Source: Octopus sinensis (lineage: Eukaryota). From it: a DNA stretch of 64,000 nt. Made by a program: the position numbers and the translations under genes. Location of the stretch: the NCBI RefSeq assembly GCF_006345805.1, contig NC_043014.1, positions 46,686,001 to 46,750,000 on the forward strand, given 5' to 3'. How positions within the stretch are numbered: position 1 is the first letter of the stretch; the number at the start of each line of letters is the position of its first letter. Of the stretch, positions 37,380 to 51,010 are shown in pieces. The notes beneath the pieces were generated by a model. The model made no database searches. It was not told where the DNA came from and saw only the letters and a list, made by a program, of their open reading frames with translations.

Positions 37380-39386
37380 ATGTTATTGTTTCAGTTATTG
37401 CTACTGTTGTTACTGCGACGGCGACGGTGATGGTGGTGGTAGTGGTAATGGTGGTAGTAGTAGTAGTAGTATAGTAGTAGTAGTAGTAATAGTGGTTGTA
37501 TAAGCAGTGGTGGTAGTGCTATTATTATTATTAGTAGTAGTAGTAGTAATTGTATTAGTAGTGGTAGTAATAGTGTTCGTAGTCGTAGTAGTTGTATTAG
37601 TAGTGGTGGTGGTAATAGTAGGTGTATTAGTAGTGGTGGTGGTAGTGGTACTATTATTATTATTATTAGTAGTAGTAATTGTATTACTAGTGGTAGTGAT
37701 AGTGTCGGTAGTAATGGTGTTGGTAGTAGTAGTTGTATTAGTATAGGTGGTAGTAGTAGTAGTAATAGTAGTTGTATAAGTAGTAATAGTAGTTGTATTA
37801 GTAGTTGTGGTGGTAATAGTAGTTGTATTAGTAGTGGTGGTGGTAATAGTAGTTGTATTAGTAGTGGTGGTGGTGATGGTGGTGGTAGTATTATTATTAT
37901 TAGTAATAGTAATTATATTAGTAGTGGTAGTGATGGTGTTGGTAGCAGTAGTTGTTGTATTAGTACAGGTCGTGGTAGTGGCGGCAGTAGTAGTAGTAGT
38001 AATAGTTGTTCTATTAGTAGTGGTGGTGGTGGTAGTATTATTATTATTAGTAGTAGTAGTAGTAGTAGAAGTAGTAGTAGTAGTAGAAGTAGTAGTAGTA
38101 GTAGTGATGGTGGTAGGTAGTGGTACTAATAGTAAATGTGGTATACGTGATAGTAGTGGTGGTAGCGGTGGTAGAAGCTATAGCAGAAGTAGTAGTATAT
38201 GTGATAATGCTGGTAGCAGAGTAGTATTGGTGATGGTAGATGTAGTACAGGTGATAGTGGTGATGGTAGTAGGGTTTGTAGAAGTGGTATTGGTTGATGT
38301 AGTGATGGTGGTAGTGGTGCCAATGTTATAAGTGGTATACATGATGGTGGTGGAGGTGGTAGCAGAAGTAGTATACACGATGATGCTGGAGAGTAGTAGT
38401 GATGGCAGAAGTGGTATGGGTGATAGTACAGATAGTGGTAGTGATTATAGTGGCATGGGTGATGGTGGTAGTGATGGTAGAAACAGTATACGTGATGGTG
38501 GTGGTGGTGATGGTAGCAGTGACAGAAGTGGTAAAAGTAGTGGTTTTGGAGGTGGTGATGGTATAAGTGGTAGTAGTGGTGGGGGTGATGGTATAAGTGG
38601 CAGTAGTGGTGGGGGTGATGGTATAGGTGGTAGTAGTGGTGGGGGTGATGGTATAAGTGGTAGTAGTGGTGGGGTGATGGTATAGGTGGTAGTAGTGATG
38701 GTATAGGTGGTTGTGGTGGCGATGGTGATAATAGAAGTGGTATAAGCGGTGGTGATGGCGATATGGGTGGTAGTAGGGGCGGCGGCGGTACACGTGGTAG
38801 TGGTAGTAGTAATGGTGGTGGTGGTGGTGGTGGTGTGGTAGTTGAGGTGATGGTATAGGTTGGTAGTGGTGGCGATGGTGGCAGCGATAACAGAAGTGGT
38901 ATAAGTGGTGGTGGTGATGGCGGTATAGGTGGTAGTAGTGGCGGCGGCGGCAGTACACGTAGTACAGGTGGTACAGGTGGTAGTGGTGGCGGTGTGCTGA
39001 GCCACAATCAAGACAAATCAGTTAATTACAGTACTGCCATCATTACGTAAACTACACAACCACCAACCTGTACTAACTGCATCCCGCCCACTCCTCCGCC
39101 CCTCCGCCCCCCCCCAGCCCGCTCTACTAAATCAATAGGTACAACAGTAGCGCCCTCTGGAGACATGGTTCCAATTTAACACAAGAATTTCCTTTCCACT
39201 CAATTCCTCACAATTTTCCTCTTCTTTTTTTTCTTTTTCTTTTCCTTTTTCTACTTTCACTTTCATTCCTATAATTTGTATTGTTGTTGCTGTTGTTGTT
39301 GTTGACGTCGCTATAATTACTGTTACTATTATTGCCCTTATAATTATTATTATTGTTGTTGTTGTTGTTGCTGTCATCATCATTAC

Positions 39387-39418
<32 letters not shown>

Positions 39419-40070
39419 GCATTACGTTTACGAGATGGGGTTATCGATCGTGGTAATGATGATGATGATGGCGATGATATTATTACTACTACTTCAGAGG
39501 TTCATAATGTGGTTATTGGTGTTAATATTGCTGTCGTCGTTAGAGCTTTCGCAGTAGTAGTAGTAGTAGTAGTAACAGTAGTAGTAACAGTAGTAGTATT
39601 AGTATTAGTAGTAGTAATAGTAGTAGTAGTAGTAGTAATAGTAGTACTAGTAGTAGTAGTAGTAATAGTAGTAGTAGTAATAATAACAGTAGTAGTAGTA
39701 ATAGTAATAGTAGTAATAGTAGTAGTAATAGTAATAGTAGTAGTTGTAGTAACAGAAGTAGTAGTAGTAGTTATAGTAACAGTAGTAGTAGTAACAGTAG
39801 TAATAGTAGTAGTAGTAGTAGTAATAGTAGTAATAGTAGTAGTAGTAGTAGTAGTAGTAATAGTAGTAGTAGTAATAGTAGTAGTAGTAATAGTAGTAAT
39901 AATAGTAGTAGTAGTAGTAGTAGCAGTAGTAACAGTAGTAGTAATAGTAGTAGTAGTTGTATTAGTATTAGTAGTAGCATTAGTAGTAATAGCATTAGTA
40001 GTAGTAGTATTAGTAGTAGTAGTAATAGTAGTAGTAACAGTGGCAGTAGCGGTAGCAGCAGCAGCAGCAA
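37380..40070. repeat. (GTA)/(GGT)/(TTA) low-complexity field including a 30-bp minisatellite (38551-38699, ~5 units)
   Basis: Unit GGGGGTGATGGTATA(A/G)GTGG(T/C)AGTAGTGGT; source of the poly-V/S/G/L/P/T ORFs. Confidence 0.85.
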
Positions 40071-40640
40071 TATGCGCGGCGGCAATAGTAGTAGCATTTG
40101 CTATAACTTCTACTGTTGCTGCTGGTGTCGAAATTTCTCAGCCTCCTCCTCCTGCACCTCCTCCTCCCCCCAACCACCACCACCTCCCCATCCTCCGCCG
40201 GTTAATTCATTTCTTCATTATCAGTTTTGTATTAATTCTCTCATGGTATTTGTTTCTTCCATATTCCTATCACAATTCTCCCAACACACGTCCCCTTTTC
40301 ACCTCTTCTGTTTTTGGTGTTTTTTTTCTTCTTCTGTTTATTTCTTTGTTTTTTTTTTATGCGGAGTGTTTTTTTTTAAAAACTTTTTAGATTTAGTTTT
40401 ATTATTCAGAAAAAAGAAGAAAAACTGGGAAAAGAGAGAGAGAGAGAGAAAGAGAGGGAAAGAATAGCTAGCTTTAATCTGAGAAATTCCCCAAAAATGC
40501 AACAGAACAACACCTGTACGACGCATGCGCGCAAACACATACACATATGTACCTGTTGACGTCATAAGAATTTATAAACTTTCGAGAGAACGTGAAATAA
40601 TTCCTTCGGTTTCGAAGCATTCAAAGCAATAAATAATAAT

Positions 40641-40846
40641 TTCTGCTATAAATTCAAGGCCTCAAATTTGGAGGAAGGGATTAAGTCAATTACATCGACC
40701 CCAGTGCATAACTGGTACTAATTTTATCGACTCCGAAAGGATAAAAGGCAAAGTCGACCTCGGCGGAATTTGAACTCAGAACGTAGCTGCAGACGAAATG
40801 ACGCTATATATTTCGCCCGGCGTGTTAACTATTCTGCTAGCTCGCC
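40641..40846 (-). mobile_element. SINE-A, A2 tail
   Basis: Head and A2-like tail. Confidence 0.8.
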
Positions 40847-40860
40847 AATGCTATAAATAA

Positions 40861-41436
40861 TCTTTTCTACACTAGGCACAAGGCCCGAAATTTTGAGGGA
40901 GGGGGCAGTCGATTAGATCGACCACAGTACGCAACTGGTACTTAATTTATCGACCCCGAAAGGATGAAAGGTAAAGTGGACCTCGGCGGAATTTGAATTC
41001 AGAATGTAAAAACAGACGAAATACCTATTTCTTTACTACCCACAAGGAGCTAAACACAGAGAGGACAAACAAGGACAGACAGACTGATTAAGTCGATTAT
41101 ATCGACTCCAGTGCGTAACTGGTACTTATTTAATCGACCCCGAATGGATGAAAGGTAAAGTCGACCTCGGCGGAATTTGAACTCAGAACGCAGCGGCAGA
41201 CGAAATACCTATTTCTTTACTACTCCAAGGGGTTAAACACAGAGGAGACAAACAAGGACAGGCAGATGGATTAAGTCGATTACATCGACCCCAGTGCGTA
41301 ACTGGTACTTAATTTGTCGACCTCGAAAGGATAGAAGGCAAAGTCGACCTCGGCGGAATTTGAACTCAGAACGTAGCGGCAGAAGAAATACGGCTACGCA
41401 TTTCGCCCGGCGTGCTAACGTTTCTGCCAGCTCGCC
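40861..41436 (-). mobile_element. SINE-A trimer: A1, A1, then A2-tailed unit
   Basis: Junctions at 41024 and 41208, 184 nt apart. Confidence 0.88.
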
Positions 41437-41685
41437 AATAGCGTCCGAAGGCTGCTGCCTTCGACATTTCCTATCAAAAAAGGGGTTTTCAACCGAATAT
41501 TTATACACTATTATGCTTTGAAGCAGCCAATAAAGACGAGCCTTGCTTATCATCCAATAACAAACAGACTTACTTAGAAGCTGTGAAAGAAAGCCTTGTT
41601 ACTCAAAAACTGGAAACCGAACGTTAAGGTGTTTTTTTGGGGTTTTTTTTTGCTTTGTTTTTCTTTTCAATTCAGTGATATTTTA

Positions 41686-42113
41686 GGATCTATTCGGTTT
41701 GAACGGCAGTTTTTAACATAATTTCTAGGTAACTAAAAAATTTTAAACTTCGTATACTGGTAGAATGTGTTTATAAAACATCTTTTTCTCTTGGCTTTAT
41801 TGAGAACATTTTATAGTTTGTAAGATATTTGTTGTTGTTTTTTTCTTCAATTTCTGCAATTTCAACCTATCAATGACGTTTATTGAAGTAAAGAACATTC
41901 TGTGCCGTATGAATATGTCCCTCGTTTAATAAACAGATTGGGTTTATTTACATTTGTGAAGAAAAAAAGATACCCTTCCCCCACCCCTAACCCTAACTAA
42001 CCCTAACCCTAAAATAGATTGAAATGCAATAGATTGATACTAGGGTCATAATTATGGGTGACAATTTCATATGACACCGCTAGAAAAAAATGCCGTTCAA
42101 ACCAAAAAGATCC
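41686..42113. mobile_element. Merlin-like MITE, 428 bp, with internal telomere-type repeats
   Basis: TIR GGATC(T)ATTCGGTTTGAACGGCA.. / ..TGCCGTTCAAACCAAAAAGATCC; exact 8-bp TSD ATATTTTA (41678-41685, 42114-42121); (CCCTAA)-like units at ~41985-42012. GG termini with an 8-bp TSD fit Merlin. Confidence 0.85.
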
Positions 42114-42460
42114 ATATTTTAATTTATGTCATTCTGGGACAAATGAACTCAATGGACTATGTTGAGCGCCCTTGTAAATGTATCTGTATTACTCTCGTTC
42201 CTAGTTGAGCCTTACTCTACAAAGGCCAAACAATCTACAGCCGAAGACAAAATAAAGAGGAGGTAATCGCGTCTATATCCGCCGAAAAAAAAGAAAAACA
42301 GAACACCCAGATATCATCAAGGAAGCCTTACATGTCATATCGAGAAAAGGGAAGGAATGTTTGGACCGATTAACAAGTAAATCCCAATATAAATTTGGTT
42401 TCAAATCATCCATGTGCTTCCTCCTGATAAGGATCTTTGAAAACTTTGAAACAGACGCAA

Positions 42461-42845
42461 GGCGCAGGAGTGGCTGTGTGGTAAGTAGCTTGTTTACCAA
42501 CCACATGGTTCCGGGTTCAGTCCCACTGCGTGGCACCTTGGGCAAGTGTCTTCTACTATAGCCTCGGGCCGACCAAAGCCTTGTGAGTGGATTTGGTAGA
42601 CGGAAACTGAAAGAAGCCCGTCGTATATATGTATATATATATGTATGTGTGTCTGTCTCCCTAGCATTGCTTGACAACCGATGCTGGTGTGTTTATGTCC
42701 CCGTTACTTGGCGGTTCGGCAAAAGAGACCGATAGAATAAGTACTGGGCTTACAAAAGAATAAGTCCCGGGATCAAGTTGCTCGATTAAAGGGGGTGCTC
42801 CAGCATGGCCGCAGTCAAATGACTGAAACAAGTAAAAGAGTAAAA
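42461..42845 (+). mobile_element. SINE-B full length
   Basis: Best-preserved copy; head GGCGCAGGAGTGGCTGTGTGG, tail AAGTAAAAGAGTAAAA. Confidence 0.9.
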
Positions 42846-43189
42846 TAGTGTATGACTACTCATATGCAAGCTTCTATTTGCTTTATGCAAGAAGCCATCC
42901 TCATTCAGGACCTGTGATAATCCTACAACCGTGAAACTTGTTTCAACAACAAACAATATATTCAAGACAATTATTCATTGAAAAATCGTACGAGACAAGA
43001 AAATCTGAGAAAGCATGAACTCCAGTAAGTCTGCAATCTAAATAAAAGTTGTATCTGTATGTGTTTGTGCGCATGCGTAATACTCATGCTTTAAGAGAAT
43101 TTTTTTATCTACTACGTTATTATAGGGTTGAATTATTTAATTTGATTTATATTTGTTTTCATCGTGTCTTAGTCTTTTATAAGCACAAA

Positions 43190-44065
43190 CCCAAGCGTGC
43201 CAGTCTGGTTGAGATGCTTGCTTTCCACCATGTGGTCTAGGAGTTCAGTCTACCTTGGACAAGTGTTTCTACGATAGCCTCGGGTCGACCGATGTTTTAG
43301 GAGACGGAAACTGAAAGAAGCCCATCGTATTACACACACACATTATATATACATACATCTTTATATATAAAAGTCAAGTTGTGTGTCTGTCTCCTACGAT
43401 TTAGATTCCTAACTACTCCCACATTTTGCGGTGCAGTTTAACCAAAACCGGGTATCTTATAGTCGTGATTCATATCGAACCCTTCTGGGTATTAGCGCGC
43501 GTCTACGATGAGTCTACGATTAAAAAAAAAATTACCATCATTTTTTTCCATTTTAATGCATTTTTTCGCTATTATATAAGGGAAGTAACTCTCTAAAAAT
43601 GTCTACGATGAGTCAACGATTAAAAAAAAAATTTACCATCATTTTTTTCCATTTTTAATGCATTTTTTTGCTATTTTTTGGCTATAATTCTCTAAAAATG
43701 CTTATATAGTTATTTCCCTTACAAACCCGAGCAACGCCGGGTGATACTGCTAGTATATATATAAAAGCTGTATGTATAAAGTTAATGCTTTGCTACCTCG
43801 TAATAATCGTTATCATCATTATTATAAAATATATATATGTATACATATTTGTGTGTGTGTGTGTGAGTCTCTGTCGTATATGTTCCTACCACTGTTTGAC
43901 AACTGGTGTTGGTTTGTTTACATCCCCGTAACTTAGCAGTTCAGAAAAAAGAGCTCGATAGAGTAAGTACCAGGCTAAAAAAAAATAATTGTACTAGGGT
44001 TAATTAGTTCGACTAAACCCACAGGTGAAAACCCAACATGGCTGGAATTCAATGGCAGAAACAAG
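43190..44065 (+). mobile_element. Old SINE-B relative split by a Helitron inserted in its internal microsatellite
   Basis: 5' half 43190-43330 (CCTTGGACAAGTG..GGAAACTGAAAGAAGCCC); 3' half 43875-44065 (TTGACAACTGGTG..CCCCGTAACTTAGC). Confidence 0.65.
43358..43753 (+). mobile_element. Non-autonomous Helitron, family H-a (2 internal units), 396 bp
   Basis: A|TCTTTATATATAAAAGTCAAG ... CCCG(43726)-AGCAACGC-CGGG(43741)-TGATACTG-CTAG|T. Confidence 0.9.
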
Positions 44066-44410
44066 GTGTGTGTGATGTGTGATGTGTGTGTGTGGTATTC
44101 ATAATCTTATATTTTCCTCACCATTGTAGTGCTAAATTTTTTAATTGGATTTGGATTTATATGTATTGAATTTTTGGTTTTTAAACCAGAGGCCATTTCG
44201 ATATGATTCCATTCATTGCTTTTGAAGTAGACTTCGGTTTCATTTATTTTCATTCACACTGATTTACCCTGTGATATTTAATTCTCTGCCTTCATTACTT
44301 CCTTGAAAAAGTTTCAGTAACCCACCTCGTTCCATGTGCTATTTGTTCTGCTATAAAAACTATTGGAATTTTCAATTATTCAACCAGCAATAATAATTGA
44401 ATTATTCTGA

Positions 44411-45103
44411 GGCGGCGAGCTGGCAGAATTGTTAGCACGCTGGGCAAAATGCTTAGCGGTGTTTCGTCTGCCGCTACGTTCTGAGTTCAAATTCCGCCGA
44501 GGTCAACTTTGCTTTTCATCCTTTCGGGGTCGATAAATTAGTACCAGTTAGGCACTGGGGTCGATGTAATCGACTTAATCCCTTTGTCTGTCCTTGTTTG
44601 TCCCCTGTATGTTTAGCCCCTTGTGGGCAGTAAAGAAATAAGAAACGTTTGCACGCCGGGCGAAATGCTTAGTGGTATTTCATCTGTTTTTACGTTCTGA
44701 GTGCAAATTCTGTCGAGGTCGACTTTGCCTTTCATCCTTTCAGGGTCGATTAAATAAGTACCAGTTGCGTACTGGGGTTGATATAATCGACTTAATCCGT
44801 TTGTCTGTCCTTGTTTGTCCTCTCTGTGTGTAGCCCCTTGTGGGCAGTAAAGAAATAGGTATTTCGTCTGTCTTTACGTTCTCTATATAAAGTATACTCA
44901 TTGCCCTGAGATTCAGCTGCTTGAAGTCGGTATCCTGTTCCTCAATTTAATTGCCAATCTCAGTTCAAATTCCGCCGAGGTCGACTTTGCCTTTCATCCT
45001 TTCGGGGTCGATAAATTAAGTACCAGTTGCGTACTGGGGTCGATCTAATCGACTGGCCTCCTCCTCCAAAATTTCGGGCCTTGTGCCAGAGTAGAAAAGA
45101 ATA
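44411..45103 (+). mobile_element. SINE-A multimer: A1, A1, [80-bp insertion], A2-tailed unit
   Basis: First junction falls in the A box (AAGAAATA-AGAAACGTT, ~44640); second is the standard AAAGAAATAGGTATTTCG (~44858). Confidence 0.85.
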
Positions 45104-45114
45104 TTTGAATTAGT

Positions 45115-45435
45115 GAATGCACGTGGCTTAGTGATTAGGGTATTGGGGTCACGACCATAAGGTCGTGAGTTCAATTCCCGGCGACGCGTTGTGTCCTTGA
45201 GCAAGATACTTTATTTCACGTTGCTCCTACCCACTCGGCCGGCAAAAATGAGTAGTATCTGTATTTCAAAAGGCCAGCCTTGTCACACTGTGTGTCACGC
45301 TGAATCTTTTTGAGAACTACGTTAAGAGTACGCGTGTCTGTGGAGTGCTCAGCCACTTGCTCATTAATCTCCCGAGCAGGCTGTTCCGTTGATCGAATCA
45401 CCTGGAACCCTCGTCGTCGTAACCGACGGAGTGCC
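45115..45435 (+). mobile_element. SINE-F (tRNA head, CORE-like segment, distinct tail)
   Basis: CACGTGGCTTAGTGATTAGGG..GAGTTCAATTCCCGG head; TTGTGTCCTTGAGCAAGATACTTTATTTCACG segment. Confidence 0.75.
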
Positions 45436-45849
45436 ATTTTTTTTTTCAATTATTCTGCTAATTGATAATTTCCGAAATCTGCGAGCTGATGGAATCGATA
45501 ACGCGCCAAACAAGATACTTAACGCCATTTTTGCGGCTTTACGTTCTGAGTTCAAATGTTGGTGAGATCCACTTTTCCTTTTTTGGGTTCAGTAATATAG
45601 GTACCCGTTAAGCTCGGAAGTCGATGTAATCGACTAGTCCCTCAATAAAAACAATTCATGTTTTATTGTGCCTATAGAAAGAACTGACAGTTACTCTCAC
45701 CCCCTTGCCTATTTCTTCTGCAAAATTTTATGCAAATTTATATATTAAACTGGGCAAGCAACACGTGACTCGAGGCGGGCAAAGAAACCGTTGTATTCCG
45801 ACGCTAATCTCGCATGGATATTGTTTTCGCCATGTCTCTCTCTCTCTCT

Positions 45850-45856
45850 CTCTCTG

Positions 45857-45916
<60 letters not shown>

Positions 45917-46104
45917 CATACTTATATATATACATACATATATATATATACATACATACATATATATATACATACATACATATATATACATACATACATA
46001 CATATATACATACATACATATATATACATACATACATACATATACATACATACATACATACATATAATATATATACATACATACTTACATACATATATAT
46101 ACAT

Positions 46105-46180
<76 letters not shown>
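45850..46180. repeat. (TA)n/(TACA)n microsatellite
   Basis: Direct inspection. Confidence 0.9.
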
Positions 46181-46182
<2 letters not shown>

Positions 46183-46632
46183 AAAATAAGACAAGGTAGA
46201 AAATGTTAAAATAATTCACGTTGTTCCTATACACTCGGCTGGAAAAAAATGAGTAGCATCTTTAATATAAATACAATTTTATGCACATTTTGTAGAAATA
46301 GGTTTTCGAATATCTAAAAGACGATTATGTTGATGGAAAAATTTTTTTAAAAATTATTTTTACTTAGAAAGAAATTAAGTTCATACTTTTTTTAACTATT
46401 GAATATCTTGCTCGTAACTATTGCACAGCATCAAAATATATGATTTTTTTATAATCAACATTAAACTAGAAGGCACAACAAAATAGTTTATCATGAAGAA
46501 CATTTTAGTACCGGTTTCAACAGCTTATATAATGTGGGAGTGAACACCGTCAATAAAAAAATTACCGTTGGCACGGAAACCTAGAATCCTGAATTTAAGG
46601 ATTTCATGCCTGAGTCATCATATATATATATA

Positions 46633-47327
<695 letters not shown>

Positions 47328-47462
47328 GCACGCACGCACACACACACACATTCACCTGATGAACATATCTTTGTTTTCCGCATGATGTAATAATTTTATT
47401 CATCAATAAAATCATGCTTGAAATAGCTGTAGAGAAAGAACTATAATCCATTTGTTAATATC

Positions 47463-48252
47463 TCAGAATGAGATAAAAAACCAAGGCTGTGAAGAATTTA
47501 GAACATTTATAAATAGGTCTTACAGTTGTTTCCAGGATATTTATTATAGCCCTTCATCAGAGACAGTGTGAGAAGATGGTTAAGCAATGGTTATTCTAGA
47601 GAAGATATGAAATAGAGAGTGAAGTGGAGGAATGAAAATAGATGTGAGATATGCAGGGATATTGCATTTGTAGAGCCATTATTTAGGCAGAATGATATAC
47701 ATATAAAATTCCAATACCTTGTGAGTAAATTCCAATAGTATTTAAAATTGGCCATTCCAAGTATAGAGTTTGTACACAGTACTATTTCATCTCTTTACTC
47801 TCTCTCTTCTTGCCTTTCTTTTTTCTTTTTTTCTTTATTCTTCTCTTCCTGTTTTTGATTTGACTTCACAAATACATTCCCTACTTTTAGGTCACTTCAA
47901 ATAAACCTCCGATTCATTAGCACTGTGTACAAACTCTATACTTGGAATGGCCAATTTTAAATACTACTGGAATTTACTCACAAGGTACTGGAATCTTATA
48001 TGTATACAATTCTGCCTAAATAATGGATCTACAAATGCAATATCCCTGCATATCTCACATCTATTTTCATTCCTCCGCTTCACTCTCTATTTCATATCTT
48101 ATCTAAATTACCAATTGCTTAACCATTTTCTCACACCGTCTCCGATGAAGATGTCTCCGATAAAATATCCCGGAAATAGATGAAAGACCTATTCATAAAT
48201 GTTCTAAATTCTTCACAGCCTTGGATTTTTTAAAATTTTTATCTCATTCTGA
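47463..48252. repeat. 790-bp fold-back (arms 47463-47784 and 47918-48252, 133-bp spacer), each arm carrying a hammerhead-like motif; probable inverted Penelope pLTR pair
   Basis: Arms are reverse complements at high identity (e.g. AGATGTGAGATATGCAGGGATATTGCATTTGTAG vs CTACAAATGCAATATCCCTGCATATCTCACATCT). Confidence 0.85.
47517..47564 (-). ncRNA. Type I hammerhead-like motif with canonical core
   Basis: GTCT-CTGATGA-AGG(GCTATAATAAATAT)CCT-G-GAAA-CA-AC-TG-T-A-AGAC: stem I 4 bp; near-palindromic stem III; predicted cleavage after GTA (47521). The decayed partner is on the plus strand at 48138-48188 (core CCGATGA). Confidence 0.7.
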
Positions 48253-48425
48253 AAAAAAAAAATTTTTTTTTGATATATACACATGCTGATATATGACCTA
48301 CGTTGGACTCCTTATTTGCATAATCACCGAACCTGGAGGTTAATTATAGTCTGTCCATAGCACTTACTCAGCATTACCTGACACATTTGGGTTTTATTGA
48401 CAGCATTACCCCTCATAACCTCTAT

Positions 48426-48474
<49 letters not shown>

Positions 48475-48671
48475 ATTAATCCAAACAAGAAAGCACAAAA
48501 AAACACAACAACGCGAGGACGTGGAACATATATAATATTATTGGACGCTCAGGAAAGAAGGAGGGTTTAACGTTTCGAGCGGAGCTCTTCGTCGGAAACA
48601 TAGGAGAAGGAAAGATCCAGAGAAGGGAAGACAGAGGAAAAAAATCGCCAACGGTACACGCGCGGTCACAT
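48475..48671 (-). mobile_element. (TA)n-embedded hammerhead-like mini-element (motif 48565-48599)
   Basis: The 35-nt motif is identical to 36240-36274; the rest of the element is near-identical. Confidence 0.7.
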
Positions 48672-48704
48672 TTTATATATATAAGTGTTACGCATACATA
48701 CACC

Positions 48705-49028
48705 TATTTCTTTACTACCCACAAGGGGATAAACACAGAGGAGACAAACAAGGACAGACAAAGGGATTAAGTCGATTACATCGACCCCAGTGCGTAACTG
48801 GTACTTATTTAATCGACCCCGAAAGAATGAAAGGCAAAGTCGACCTCGGCGGAATTTGAACTCAGAACGTAATGACTGGCGAAATACCTATTTCTTTACT
48901 ACCCACAAGGGACTAATCACAGAGGGGACAAACAAGGACAGACAAACGGATTAAGTCGGTTACATCGACCCCAGTGCGTAACTGGTACTTATTTAATCGA
49001 CCCCGAAAGGATGAAAGGCAAAGTCGAC
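48705..49028 (-). mobile_element. SINE-A dimer, 5'-truncated
   Basis: Junction GGCGAAATACCTATTTCTTT near 48885. Confidence 0.85.
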
Positions 49029-49385
49029 CGATGTGTACCAATCTCAGCCTTTGTCCATGGATTTCGATGAGATATATGTGTGTGTGTGTGTGTGTGTCTT
49101 TAGATAAAGTACAGACGACTTCTACATCTCCATTTGCGAATATACGTGGCCCCTATTGACTTTTTTTCATTTGTTCTTAATATTTTACTTGATAATGGGA
49201 AAGAGGGACCGTATCCCTTTCGCTAAAGACCCTAAAATTAATATCTTGCTTTCCATTCTTTTTCTGCCCAAATGCTCTTTAAACTCTCCTCTGTCACTCT
49301 CCCCACCACTCTATCCCTCTCTCTCCGTTATCAGTAATCGCATCAATAACAACATTAACACCGCCATCAACAACACCATGACCGC

Positions 49386-49423
<38 letters not shown>

Positions 49424-49829
49424 ACAACAACACAACAACAACGTCAACAACAACAACAGTAGCTGAATGTTGATGATATCTTTTAAATTAGATTGTATAC
49501 GCATGTGTTGATGTGGTTATAGGTGTATATACACAAACACACAAATAAATGCGTATTATATACATACATATGCATGCGTAGAAACGTGTTTCGAACAAAT
49601 ACGCTTTTGTGTCTGTGGGTTTTATATTTCTTTCTGTGCATGACTGTGTATAGATGTATACACACATGCATATACGCATGTGTATGGTTGTATATAGATA
49701 CATGTATAAATCAAATACACATACGTTACATACACAAATGCATTGCATACGCACACATACACATGCATACACATGTACATACATACGTCCACGTAGAAAC
49801 ACAGACATACACACATAGGTATATACACA

Positions 49830-50270
49830 CATATATACACACACATATATACACTCATATACACACTCATATATACACTCATATACACACTCATATACAC
49901 ACTCATATACACACTCATATATACACTCATATACACACTCATATACACACTCATATACACACTCATATACACACTCATATATACACTCATATATACACTC
50001 ACATATACACTCACATATACACTCACATACACACTCATATACACACTCATATACACACTCATATACACACTCATATACACACTCATATACACACTCATAT
50101 ATACACTCATATACACACTCATATACACACTCATATACACTCATATACACACTCATATACACACTCATATACACACTCATATACACACTCATATACACAC
50201 TCATATATACACTCATATACACACTCACATATACACTCATATATACACTCATATATACACTCATATGCAG
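49830..50270. repeat. 12-bp minisatellite (ATA(C/T)ACACTCAT-type unit), ~35 copies
   Basis: Direct inspection; source of the YECV/MSVY/HTHI ORFs. Confidence 0.9.
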
Positions 50271-50479
50271 ATAGATGAGTACACACAAATACATACATAC
50301 ACAAATACATATATACATACATAGACACACGTACGTACACATACACATATACATAAAGAGACGCACCAACGTACAAGCATACACACTGACATACGCACCG
50401 ACGTATACACTCATACATATATGCATACCAACTCAAACACATATTCGTACACATATACACATACGTACACACACAAATA

Positions 50480-51010
50480 CAGATACAAACACATACAGAT
50501 ACACATAAATAGACACATACATAGATACACACATACATACATAATACATATATACATACACTCAGACATACACATAAATAGACATATACATAGATACACA
50601 CATACATATATACATACACACATACGTACACACAGACACATACATGCATACATAATACATACATACACTCAGACATACACACATACAGATATACATAAAT
50701 AGACACATACATAAATACACACATACATGCATACATATATACATACACTCAGACATACACACATACACATACACATAAATAGACATACATAGATACATGC
50801 ATACATAACACATATATACATACACTCAGACATACACACATACACATACACATAAATAGACACATACATAGATACATGCATACATAACACATATATACAT
50901 ACACTGAGACATTCACACATACAGATATACACAAATAGACACATACATAGATACACACATACATGCACACATAATACATATATATATACATACACACATA
51001 CGTACACACA
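50480..51010. repeat. ~79-bp higher-order repeat built from CA/CATA units
   Basis: Marker CACT(C/G)AGACAT recurs at ~50559, 50666, 50746, 50823 and 50902. Confidence 0.7.

Noticed and set aside
38332-38685. Gly/Ser-rich ORF (GGDGISGSSG repeats) as a structural protein exon
   Set aside because: It lies wholly within a GGT/GTA low-complexity field with a 30-bp minisatellite; no splice or signal-peptide evidence.
40520-40565. CRE palindrome TGACGTCA with a nearby GCATGCGC
   Set aside because: About one 8-mer hit is expected by chance in 64 kb, and GCATGCGC arises readily from CA/GC repeats.
42330-42460. LINE RT-like peptide (..LTSKSQYKFGFKSS..)
   Set aside because: Only a loose resemblance to the QxGF motif; too short to support a call.
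46500-46535. Minus-strand GAAACCGGTA (palindromic stem III)
   Set aside because: The 5' half of the ribozyme is absent.
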